Assembly (NCBI GenBank): GCA_009602725.1
Contig: WELB01000003.1
Coordinates: 695,530 to 715,529 of the forward strand
Direction of reading: 5' to 3'
Source of the DNA: Spirogloea muscicola
Taxonomy: Eukaryota
DNA length: 20,000 nt
The stretch's first letter is position 1; every line of letters starts with the position of its first letter. A program made the translations under genes and the position numbers. This document shows positions 1-11,775 of the stretch, one piece after another. The notes below the pieces were generated by a model. The model did no database searches and was not told the origin of the DNA. It saw nothing but the letters and a program-made list of their open reading frames with translations.

Positions 1-69
1 TAGGCGTTCAAAGTGAAGCTTGTGTGCAATCGGTGCTACTCATCTGAACGTGGTGGCTGTCTGGGTCAG

Positions 70-3000
70 GTGCTCCATCTTCTGAATCAGAAGTACGGCC
101 GCGAAGAGATTCTTCGGGGCGGGCTTCAGGTCTGCCCATGAGCTCTGCATAGCCTTTAAGCAGCATTCAAAGCTTTCAAACTCTTAAGGAAATGTCAAAT
201 AGCTCATTTCTACCTGTAGTCACATTTCCTTCTGTATTTCCGCCATCCTCCCTCTTAAGCACAAGTCAGCTGCTGTGTCACGTCAGCTGCTTCACAGTAG
301 CAGCACCACCTTTAGCTTACTGGCTTGTTTGGGAACTGCATAGCATGCTGAAGATTCGATCTTGCGGTCGTCAGAATGACAGCGTGGCAGTAACCCCCAT
401 TGTCATTCTGGTTACTTGCCATCCCCTGCATGCCAGCAGCGAGGAGACCAACTCGTGTATGCTGCCTCATCCACTAACTTTCCTTCCCACTTGTGCTGGC
501 CAACACCTTGCCTTGTCCTGGTATTCAGATCCTAACAGTGCAAGCAACGACAACTGTGCAGGTCTATACAACACTCGATCTGGGCATGCAAGACATTGCT
601 GAGAAGGTCGTGAGGGACACAGGCATTGAACTTGACAGGGAGAGGAACATCCTTGCAGAGAGAGGCTTGGTAACGGCCAGAAAGAAGCTGGACGACATGC
701 TGGCATCCAAGCAAGATCAAGTCCTCGAGCTGGTGGCCGCTGCCAGCGCTGCGGCCGCTGCACGGAGGTATTTCTCCTGGTGCCGCTGTTCGCCACCGTT
801 TGAGCACTGGCAAGGGCAGGCTCTGGGAACTATTGAGAATTATGGTGGCCTCCTCAATACTTGCTTGCACTCTTTCAGTAGCTGCCAGGCAAGCACTTCA
901 CTTGCAGTGGTGCCTAGACCTCACACAGCTTTTCTTGGTTGCTGGTGCAGGGATGTGGAAGCTGCAGTAGGTTGGGAAGAAGAGAGTGGAAGGCGCAACT
1001 TAAGGTAGCCGACAACTTCTCTCTTCTTCCCATGTCTCATTGTGTTCATCACATACAAGTCCTGAGCTGGGATCCCACACGATTGATCTGCAAGTTTGAA
1101 TGAGAAATAATTATTTGAAGATACAATGGTGGTGTAAGCACTCAAGCAGTGACCTGCCTCTTGGCAATGGTGAATATTTCACTATCAGAACTGCAGATAG
1201 GCTATTGTCAGAAATTTCAAGGAAAAGTTTTGTTTATCTGCCAGGTCTCGTGGATCGAGTCTTATTCCCCTTGCCACTGGCTTGATGAGTTATGTATCCT
1301 TTGCACGACATTGTCAATGCTAGCACAATTTGAATTCTGCTGTGTTACTGCTAAGAGAGTTGACTGCATGTTCACCTTGCAGCACCTTGGATGCCCTGGA
1401 GAGAGCTCAGGAAGATGACCGAGCAGCTGCCGCTGCAGCTGCTGCTGCCATCAAGAGATACACCACCCAGTAGTGCTCTCTTCCCTCCATGTGCGTTGCA
1501 GTCATTGTATGACGCCTTTCTGCCTGGATGCATCCCGCATGCAAGGTGGAGCAAGAACGTCACAAGCCCTTGTGTCAAAGACGCACTCTATAAGGTAGCC
1601 ATGATAGTCGATACACGCATGGACTGGTTCAACATTCAAATACCGACACTCCGTGGTGCAGAGAAGCGGCGATGCGTGCAACCATTGCCGCTTACGAGGA
1701 AGAGATCAAGAAGGCTGGAGAAGCCAGGTGAGCAGAGCCTAGGCACTTTCCACTGCTCATGCTAGATTTTCGTTCAGAACCTTGACTCCAGTCTGTCACA
1801 TGCTGTCTGCGCCTATTTGACCTGGGGTGCAGTGTGGATGCGGGGATGCCCTTGCTGTTATTTGCTGCTATACTTGGCGATTTCTCAGTCTTAAATGGAA
1901 TTATTAGTGCAAAGGCCAGACATTCAGAGCACTCTCATCGCCCAGTCACACGTCATGAAAGGCATTGTGCTGAGTAGATGTCAAGTGCCACTGAGATGTG
2001 AGCCAGTCATTAAATCAAAGCAGCTGCTGTGTTGCTCTGTCCAAGGCTGGAGGGTGCCATGGTTGCCATGGATCCTGCAGACGGAGCCATAAGGGCCCTC
2101 GTGGGTGGACGGGACTACTACGAGAGTAATTTCAATCGTGCTACACAGGTGGGTAATGTAGTATAGCAGTATGGAGCTGCAACCCATCTTCTTAACTTAT
2201 GCATGAATCTATTTCTTACAGCCACTTATTTGCACAAGGAGAGCATGTTTTTTACATGCCACCCAGCCATCATGTCAGGCTCTGAGGCCTCCAGGCTCTA
2301 CATTTAAGCCCTTGGTGTACCTCACTGCTTTCTCTCAAGGCATGTAAGTTGAGTCTATTTCTCATGCATTGCAACTCTTCAGTTCACCATACATTGTGAG
2401 CTGTCATGCTGCCAATTTACAGCTACTGTTGTCAGGGCAAAGTAGGTTTGCTGAGGCTCCTTGTCACCTAAATGAAAATAGGGTTTTTTAATCCTTTGAC
2501 AACACATTCGGCGCCTGCTTGTTAAGACGGCCTTTCCCTGATGTTCCTCAGAGAGAAAGAGTTTTTGGTGGTGGATGAGCCGTATAGTGTTGGCAACTTC
2601 ACACCCGAAAATTATGACCGAAAATTCAGAGGGGAGGTAAGACTACTGTAGGTTACCTGTCCCTTAATTGCAGACATTCCATGTAAGCTCTCAGGACCTC
2701 GATTAGAGACCAATTGCAGCCGCTGTTGGAGGTGTTAGAGGTGTTAGATAAGGTGACCTTTGACGAGACCTTCATGTGATGCAATAGCTGCTCAAGGCGA
2801 ATGCATACTGTGCTGCTCATGAAGCTCGCTCACATATTTTCCTTCTCTTGAGTTACAGGTCACACTGGAATATGCACTCCTCAAGTCGCTCAATGTTCCT
2901 ACAGTGAAGCTTTGTGCAGAAGTTGGAGTTGACAAGGTGCAGAAGCACTGTGGACACTATTAATATCATGTTCATTAATTGACCTGCATTGATTTGCCAG

Positions 3001-6000
3001 GAGCTGAGCAATAACGTATACTTGATATTGCTTCGTCCCCAAACGAACCGGGTTAATGAGATCGTGTGTAAGCTTGCAATGATTCAGGACATAGTCAAAT
3101 AACTGTCTTCTTGGGTGCCTGCAGGTGTGCGAGATTGCAAGAAAGTTGGGCATTCATACAAGCCTGCCTCATGAGCTCGCACTGTCCCTAGGGGGTTGTG
3201 AGGTACGTTACCCGGCTTCTGTGATGGTTGTCACTTGCACAAGAGGAGCCTTTCATAGAGGACATAGCTTTGGTAATGTTTAAGTGCGTTAGCTGAAGAC
3301 AAGTGTCTGTATGTACAAAGAGCATCATTACTGTTTTTATTAAGCAACCTCCTTGCCATAGCGACATACTTTATCGAGTCTCAAGTCAGGCAGATTGTGG
3401 TTGATTGCAGGTTACGCCTGTGCAGCTGGCCACTGTGTATTGCACCATTGCTAGTGGCGGCTACTTTCACAAGCCGCACCTCATCACACGTGTGGAGAGC
3501 TTCGAGGGCAGGGTGCTTGAGGAGTTCAAGGTAGGAGGCTGCCACTGAAGGGCTATTATTGCACTATAGCTACAGTGATGAACATGCACAGTACTTTCTG
3601 AGTACAAGAAGAAGGGCTAAAGAACAAGCATCAGCATAGCACGATATATATATTTTTCTTTTGCTCCATCAAACGCCTGGAAAGATCTACTTCTTTTCAA
3701 TTCCGTCTACTCCTGGCTTTTCACTTTCATAAGCACAATGTGGTCTATGCATATAAAACACACTGCCCTTTATTTGCTATTTAAAGTAGGCATGTCAATC
3801 TCATATACCTTTGTTACTCTTCTATTTTGCCTGATGTACCAGCCACCTGACAAGAACAAGGCTCCTGTGGTGGATGAGTATGCAGTATCGGAGCTTCGCC
3901 AGCTCCTCCAGGTATGCATGGCAATACCTCTGCAGATCATGAAGTCTCATTCATAGTCTCGCTGACTTTGTAGGGAGCAATAGGCAGAACGTACTTTTAC
4001 CTGCCCAGAAACAGCAGCTAGCCTTAGCATGTTCAGGCTGGTGTGTTGGTGCGGGTAAGGGAATCACAGAGAGGTTTCAATGAAGACACCCATGTTTTCA
4101 AAAATTCGTCCGTCAGCCACATTCTTGTACATGACGTCCATGACATCGCTGATGCTTGTAGAATGTCTGCTTGCAGGCTTGTGTCGAAAGGGGCACAGGG
4201 AAGGCTGCCCAGCTGGCGAGGCCCTGCGCAGGCAAGACAGGGACTTCTGATGGTCACCGGGACGTCTGGTTCGCAGGCTTTACTCCGCAAATTTCAACTG
4301 TGGTGAGGGTGTCTGGCTTATCTCTATTACTGCAGCGTTGCCTCAATATGAAGCCTGTTCCACTGCCCATGCACGTCTTTGGTGAGCATGGGGATCATTG
4401 CCGTCATGTCAGGTGTGGTTGGGCTATGATGACAACGCCCCTGTAGGTGGCCTACATCCAGGTGCACAGAAACTGCACTAGACCGCTGCACATGACACGA
4501 CATGGAGACAAAATGAGTAGCTGCTGCAGATTTGTCCAGCAGTCAGCAATGCAGTGTCTTGGGGGCGCTATCTACAGGCATGTGAGCGTTCCCTAGGTTG
4601 CGAGCATATTACTTCCAGACTAAGATCGTGGGCTCACTTGAGATAGCGGGTGGCTGAGTCTTGGCAGCTACTGGAGCCGCTCACGCTGCCCCAATGTGGA
4701 AGCGCTTTATGTCAGCTGCACATGAGGTGAGCTGCCCAGAATCTTTTGATGTAGTTGACTGTATTCAAGTGAAAAATAGCAGGGGAGGGGTCTATGTCAC
4801 GGTGGCCTCTCCGGAGCTACTGTCTGTCAGTGAATAGGCACAGCTTGATTGAATGGAAGATTTATCAGGAAGGGTTTGGGAACTTTTATGTAGGGTTTGC
4901 CAGTGGAGAAGTTCCACGACATTGGGAGAGATAAGTACGGCGGCAGGGCACCACGGGAGTTCCTCAAGCGCTCAAGGAGGCCTCAGAAGAGCTTCCTGAG
5001 GGTAACTTCGTTTTCTGATCCTAAACCCGAGTACGACACTGCCTGGACACTGAGGCCGAACTATGATGAGCTTGAGGCTGTGCATGACCTTCTCATGACA
5101 TGCCTCAGAATTGGCGATGCTATGCAGAACTGGAGGGGGGCAAGTGAGGCGAGGGAGGGGAGCAGCTTGCGGCAAGTGGTGACGAGCACGTGGAAGGATG
5201 TCTGGGACTGGGAGAAGGCGAGCAGCGCATGGGAGGAGAAGGAGAAGATGGAGCAGTGGGCGAGCCAGCGGCTGGAGCGCTCAGACGAGCTCCGAGCCAT
5301 GAGGGCGGCATGGACGCCTCTTGGCCGTGCAAGGTGGGCTATTGCTTATTGGCAACATCCACCTCTGATTACATATTGAGCACAATGTCTGAGGTCAGTA
5401 AATTCACACCGTCAGACTCACCTATGTTGGTTGTGGCTGGCCTGCCCGTGACCTTGACAGGGTGGAAGACGACGTCAGCGAGAGGACTGACGAAGACGAT
5501 GCAAGCTTCCTCACCAGGATGGCAAGCAGTGAAGATGGGTCCCGGCAGGGGCACACACGGTGGGACCTCATCGAGGACCGTGAGCAGGACGGTGGCCGGG
5601 AAAGTGGGCGACGGCAGGGACGTCGGCAGGGGCTGGCGCTGTTCACACGCTCCCAGCGGGCCGAGCCGCCGCCAGAGGCAGCAGCGGCGCTGGAGGAGGA
5701 CGAGTGGGTGGAGGACGGCGACGTGTGCGCAGTGGAGAGGGACGACGACGGAGGAGGGGCAAGATGGGGCGGCGAGAGCGGCGACGCCTTCGGAGAGCAG
5801 CGGCCCTCGATCTTCCGACGGAAGGCGTCTGGCCGCGCCTCGGACCTCAACTGCGCCGACCGGCCGTTCCTCCAGCGCAAGCCTTCCCGAAGGCGGCAGG
5901 CGCGCCTCGTGAGCTGTGAGGTGGCGGGCCCAGCAGAGACGCAGGTGGCCGGTGACCTGCTGCCAAGTGCCCTCTCACCTGTAGATGTGCCCCTGCCGAA

Positions 6001-6025
6001 GGTAAGAATTCTGGAGGTGGTGTAG
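70..6025 (+). CDS. PBP: Class A penicillin-binding protein (PBP1A-like), intron-containing, probable plastid peptidoglycan synthase; 5'-partial (transglycosylase exons expected upstream of the window)
   Basis: Manually spliced exons with AG/GT borders and consistent phase: 70-129, 562-767, 951-1004, 1383-1469, 1662-1727, 2046-2148, 2279-2343, 2552-2636, 2859-2936, 3125-3202, 3411-3530, 3843-3911, 4177-4302, 4413-4461, 4668-4726, 4894-5001, 5128-5333, 5461-6025 (2184 nt). The translation contains [65 protein letters not shown] (SxxK, 2297-2308), [11 protein letters not shown] (SxN), [37 protein letters not shown] (4234-4242), VWLGYDD and AAPMWKRFM, all hallmark class A PBP transpeptidase motifs. 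Insertion exons, the 5002-5127 intron and the 3' end (possible donor GTAAGA at 6002) are less certain. Confidence 0.95.
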
Positions 6026-7095
6026 CTTCGCAATATCAGCACTGCTAAGCGTAAGCTTTGTGCTGGCAGACAGGCCATGGCTACTCGAGTTGCATGTAAT
6101 ACAAGGTCTTTTTTACTCTGAGCTGTCTGCCTGGCCAAGTTAGCGAGTCAGCCTGCGCAAATTGCTCCACAAGGATGGAACGATTTTGTACGAGCACAGG
6201 ACAAGCACTCCCCTCCCACGTGTTCACCACTGAGATTTACGGTACCCGACATTTGCGTGGTTCTCATTAATTCGTGATCACTGACCGTCAAAGTGCATAG
6301 CTTCACTGCAGCTTCTGCGGATGCCGGCCTTGCAAGTGGCGAAGCTAGGACGTAGTAAAGAGACAACAGGGGTTGGGTTGCGTTGACACGTTGTGTTGCG
6401 TGACAGAAATCATTCACATACAGTACTCGTGCTTCACTTTAAGGAAAGTCCTACTGGTGGGCTAACGAATGTCATGAACAAGATGAGCTGGCTTGCTTGC
6501 TCGGCAGTGAGGAGATGCGGAGGCACGCCTACGCAGCCTAGTCAACAGCAGTGCCAAGGCTGAGGCTAGCAAGTCAATCGTCACCAAGATAGGAAACATG
6601 TGCCTGTGGCTGAATCGAAGCATCTATTTTGTTGGGTCTTGAGGTTTACACAAACTTTTGGCAGCAATCGACGGGTTGCCGCTATTGGGACCATGAGACG
6701 ACCCATGCGCATGGCCTTTCAGCAAATTTAGAGGCTTCCTCCACAGCTCCTTGAGGATTTCAAAAGTACGATTGATAGCTAGGTAGTGGATTCTGGCAGT
6801 GAGATGAAAGTGCTACACAGAAGCCTCGAGCAAATGCTGGTCACTCAGCTGCATCAATCTGTATGCGCAGCTGCAGGCTGTGGCCTGTACATCTGTTTCT
6901 TGGAGATATAACAACGACTATTACCAAAGCCAACATGCAAAACTGGCACTTATGTACAAGACTGGTGCCCAAAGATGCCACTGGTGGAATTTTCGACATG
7001 TATCTACTACGGTGCAGTTTGAGGAAGTCATTTGCTGGGCTTCACCCTTTGACTCACTTGCCTGGATAACAAGCACAGCAGGCAGCTATATGCTG

Positions 7096-9588
7096 TTACT
7101 CTTCCGCAGTTTTGACCGTCATGCCCTCCACCTTGGCATAGCTCTCGCAGTCCAGCACCTGTCTGAAATGTGTCTTGCAACTGCGCATGCGCTCGATCGC
7201 CTTGTCCACCTGCAAGTAAACCAGCCACTGGTTGGCAGCTGCTACTCCCCTATCTTCATATGGTTTGCTTGCCCCCTCTTGATTGCCCAAGCATCAGTTG
7301 GACTCGTCGCTCGGGTAGGATGTGCAGGTTATGTGAAATCACCTATATTCAAGACAGACTCCTACTCATTTTTCTTATAATGGAAGAGCTTCGACCAGTG
7401 TTCTTGCTACTGACCTCGTCCAGACGAAGCAGCTCAGTCTTGGGCCGCACGTTGTGCTTGACGGCCATGTTGAGCATCTCCCGCGTCTGCCTCCGGCTGC
7501 CCACCCAGACACTGTGAATGGTCTTCTGCAGACCGGCCAGCCGGAACGGGTCGACGTGCAGAGGCTGCTCCTTGGGAGGAATGCCAATCTGGCACGTAGA
7601 CATGCAATGTCAGTGTCCTGGTGGTGTGACAAAGGAAGCTGTAGCTTGATGATGCAGCAGATGCGCTGAGCTAAGCGAGTAAGCCTGGCGCTGCTCACCT
7701 GGCAGTAGACAGCACCAGGCTTCACGAGCTCAATCAATCTGTCATAGTCGGTGTCGTATGGGTTGGTGGACGCCACGAAGTCCAGCCTTTGCTGCAACGC
7801 CTTCATCTCATCGTCATTGTTGCGGTCCACCACTTCGTCTGCTCCGAGCTCCTTGGCAAGCGCTTCCTTGTCTTGGGCATGACCCGAGATTGCATACACC
7901 TAGGTGCGCACGCATCACGCAATGGACAAGCATCACTTGCAGAAGTTAAGCTGCTGATGACTGGTGGTCCACGCTGACAGAGCTGCACGGAGCTAGTCAA
8001 ACATAGACATTCCGACTTAATACGTACTATCTATCTGCTCTACCACTGCTTGCCAGCTCGGCAGCTGGGCACATCCTCACAGAGCTCAGGCGACTATCTC
8101 TTGAATACCTGCGAGGAGTCCGCACAAATAACTCCAACTTGAGCTTCAGGAAGTGATCGAAGTCACAAAGAGGCGCTCTTGCTATAATCTACTCACATGG
8201 CTATTCAGAGTTCACTGACCTTGGCTGCCCCAAAGACCTTGCACCACTGAAGCGCCAAGTGGCCCAGCCCACCGATGCCGTTTATGCCAACATGCATGCC
8301 CTTCTTGACGTAGCGAGAGATAGGGTTGTAGGTTGTCACGCCAGCGCACAGCAGCGGTGCGACATGCTCGTCATCGATCACGTCGGGAAGGTGGAATGCG
8401 TAATATGAGGGGCCTTGGAACTGAACAAACACATGCAGGGACACCACGGCTTGACTTCACTTCCGAAATTTCAAACTGGTTGGGTTCTCTTGAGCAGCGC
8501 TGACTACATGGATCGTGGGGATTGGCCTCAAGAATTCAAATAAATTATTGCAGGCCGCACATGTAGAGTTCATGGGCAGTGGGCCAGCTAAGTTTCGCAA
8601 AGCTGAGATATAAGTGGACATACAAGTGGATGTGCCAACTTGAGCTTGTCAGGCGAGTCGGAGGCACAATGGCGTCATTGCTGCATGGGACGTGCCTGTG
8701 TGGCATAGCCGCCAAAGTTGGGGTCGTACAGGAACTTGGCACGCTTCGGGTTCTTGGGCTCGTAGTGCCCGATGTCGACGCAGAGGTGGTCGTCGCCACG
8801 CAGGCAGAACTCGCACTTCTCGCAGCAGTTGCGGTTGGGCCCAAACCCCACGCGCTGGCCGACGTGGAAATCCTTCACGGCCGGGCCGCGTCTGATGACC
8901 CTGCCCACCACCTCGTGCCCTGCTAAGAGACCCCGTCTTAGCATACTCCTCGTCACATGCGTGCCACAAAGTGTGCTGAATCCTGCTGCAATATTTGCTG
9001 CAATGTTATACTCATTCTTTCAACGTTTCTACTCTGCATATCAATGTGACCTTCCCCTCATGTGCTACACAGTGTGTGACAGTCGAACACCGCAACAACT
9101 AAAAGGTGGACGTTTGGAAGCTTGTCACGCATTTCCACTGCCATAGCATGTGAGCCTCTAGACCCTGCCAATTGGAGCTGCCAGCGCAGGACCTGGTATG
9201 ATGGGCGGCACGTATCCCAGCGGCCAGTCCGCGTCCATCATGTGCGGGTCTGCCCAACCATGCACAACAGCGTGCCGCACTGTTAGATGGATGCGACCCT
9301 CAAAGCACAAGCCAAGGGGCTGCCTTTCATGCCAAGAGAAGCTGGTGCATGAGGACCTTCTGTGGTCCTTCGGAATTAGCAGATGCACGCTTGCCCACCG
9401 CTGTGGCAGACGCCCGAGCGAGTGATCTGGATGCGCAAGTCGTCGTCCTCCATGGGGTAGTGCTGGAAGTAGAACTTCTCGATCTTGCCCTTGGGCTCGT
9501 TCTGACCGAAGCCGATGGCATCCGCCTCGTGCTTGTCGCCGACGAGCACGTCCCCCGTCGGGTGCTCCTTGCGCGACTTACCCTCCAT
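7096..9588 (-). CDS. Zinc-dependent medium-chain alcohol dehydrogenase, CAD/YahK-like (probably NADP(H)-dependent), paralogue A, ~386 aa
   Basis: Exons (minus): 9588-9399, 9249-9193, 8919-8696, 8420-8220, 7899-7699, 7588-7415, 7209-7096 (1161 nt, frame intact). Motifs: GVCHSD, PGHEVVGRV, structural-Zn CCEKCEFCLRGDDHLC, APLLCAGVTTYNP, GINGIGGLGHLALQW. The strand after the Rossmann motif ends VYAIS with no acidic residue, consistent with NADP. An acceptor-like CAG six nt upstream of the ATG suggests a possible extra 5' exon. Confidence 0.93.
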
Positions 9589-10078
9589 CTTAACCTGCTT
9601 ACATACACGGCATAAGTATTGAATAGCAATTAGAGTCTCTTTCTCCTACTTGATCAAAGAACGTAGTATTGGCCTCCTCTCAGCATGCATGCACTGAGCC
9701 CCAAACGATCAAACACGTGTGCATGCCAAGCTATCGCCATCGCAACGTGAGCCGATGCTGCGCGGCCGGTGATGGGCGAGGCCGTTCTTGGACCGCGCAT
9801 TGCAGGAACGTGCGAAAACGACACTACGGGTGTGATCACACCTGGGTCGACAACGGATGGGAAGGAACAGATACAATCGTCTACTGCAGCGCCGGTACTG
9901 CAGCGCGAGGCGGTGGCGGGGGCTGTGGCGGCTGGGCAGTGTGCGCAGGCGGCGCGGAGCTGCGGGCTAGCGGGCTCGCGCGGCAGGCTGCGGGTTTTCG
10001 AAAAGGGGCGTGCGTGCGCAGGATGTGGCGCCGATGCACGCGCAACCTCTTATCGAGCCCCTCTCTCTGTCTCTCGCG

Positions 10079-10484
<406 letters not shown>

Positions 10485-10917
10485 NCTCCCTCTCCCCCTC
10501 CCTTCCTCCCTCCCCGGTCAGCCCGCCATGCTCACCCCGCCTGCATGCACCAGGGCGGCTTCGCCGCGCCACGCCAGCTCCGCCGTTACAGAGCTGCGCC
10601 ATTGGTCAATTCAGCCCGTGTCCATCACCAGCCCTCGGCCCCTTGTTGGTCATTCTCATGTGGGCTGGCTTTTCACAGGAAAGAAGACAAGCAGCTCTTC
10701 CAGATTGGCAGCAGTGGCAGCAGTGAGAGGCCAGCCATAGGGACCGGACAAAGGTCCGAAAGAATGTGGCTCTTGCAAATTGGGGAAGGGCACTGAACAG
10801 TCAGCCCGAAAGATTCATTGTCGAACTCATCCGAAATGGCCAGATGGCGCAGCCGATTTGCTGATCCTCACAGCCCGCGTACCCCTGCGACAGCTGCTGT
10901 TTCGCTGTTTCTTTTCC

Positions 10918-11157
10918 GACCTTGTCCATTCCTTTGAAAGCAAGCGTGGCCAGATTAAGTGGTGGCTGGGAGAGGCCAGCCCCAAAGGAATGGACAAGGT
11001 CTGAAGGAGCCGGAGTGCTAAGGACTGAGACAGCAGCAAGCGGACTCTCAGTAACCTCTAGTCAGTAGATGCAAATCTGAATAGCCAGCAGGCGGAAAGA
11101 CGTCGCCATCCCTTTGGGCTGGCATCTCCCAGCCACCAGTCAGTCTGGCCGCGCTTT
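10918..11157. repeat. Nested inverted-repeat element (MITE/fold-back-like), member of a dispersed repeat family
   Basis: Perfect 19-bp inverted pair at 10918-10936 / 10983-11001. Imperfect ~52-bp inverted arms at 10941-10993 / 11106-11157. Segment 10941-11107 recurs inverted at 19308-19473. Confidence 0.85.
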
Positions 11158-11180
11158 TCTCTTCTCAGAGGGAGCTAACC

Positions 11181-11753
11181 CACGTGCTCGATCCTCAGCT
11201 AATCCCCACGTGCTCGATTCCTCTCGAGCCGGCGAATCTTCTCGAGCCGACGGGGAAAGGTCCCCCACCCGGGGACGCTGACGTGGCCACGTGCAACCGC
11301 CACGCGGCGAGGCCGCAGCAGGCGGGCCGGCGTTGACCATGTGCCTGCTAGCTGCCGACCTGGCAGCCCTGCGCGCCTGACCGGTCCGACGTGGCGCCGC
11401 GCGGTCCGCGGTCCCGCGGTGGGGGCGGTCATCTAACAGTCGGTGACGCGGGCTGGCACCGCCAGCATGGCGCCACGTGGCACCTTGGTCCAACGCCAAC
11501 TCTACACGTCAGCAGGCCGAGCGTGGGCAAACCCACGCCCCCCCACGCACGGCCTCCTCGTTCCCGTTACCTTCGCATCTTGGTCTTGATTTGATCTCAG
11601 TTATTCATGCGCCAGCTGGTGGCCAACGTGGCAGGCCGTGCACGTGACTGGTCCGACGGTGCGCCACGCGGCCCGCGCCGGGTGGCGTGACGAGGGCTGG
11701 CCCGCCAGCATGGCGCCACGTGGCGAGTGGTCCAACGCCCGCGCTCCACGTCA
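11181..11753. promoter_or_regulatory. G-box/ABRE cluster between the divergent ADH genes
   Basis: CACGTG at 11181, 11207, 11288, 11474, 11641 and 11717, two of them as GCCACGTGGC. Further ACGTGGC at 11281, 11389 and 11626, and CCACGTCA at 11746. The cluster lies 0.4-1.0 kb upstream of the paralogue B ATG. Regulatory function is inferred. Confidence 0.55.
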
Positions 11754-11775
11754 TCAGGGAGAGCGTAGGCCACCT
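11338..11775. repeat. Diverged direct repeat pair (~11338-11535 and ~11606-11775)
   Basis: Shared colinear blocks: ggtccgacg, gggctgg...cgccagcatggcgccacgtggc, ggtccaacgcc, cacgtca..agg..gagcgt.ggc. Confidence 0.8.

Noticed and set aside
70..6025. Bacterial contamination or recent horizontal transfer of the PBP
   Set aside because: The many spliceosomal introns in the same style as neighbouring genes show long residence in a nuclear genome.
5422..6138. 238-aa minus-strand and 240-aa alternative-frame ORFs
   Set aside because: They are shadows of the GC-rich last PBP exon; splice phase supports the 5461-6025 frame.
6880..7380. 166-aa plus-strand ORF
   Set aside because: It is antisense to the last ADH exon and 3' UTR, has a non-ATG start, and shows no recognisable motif.
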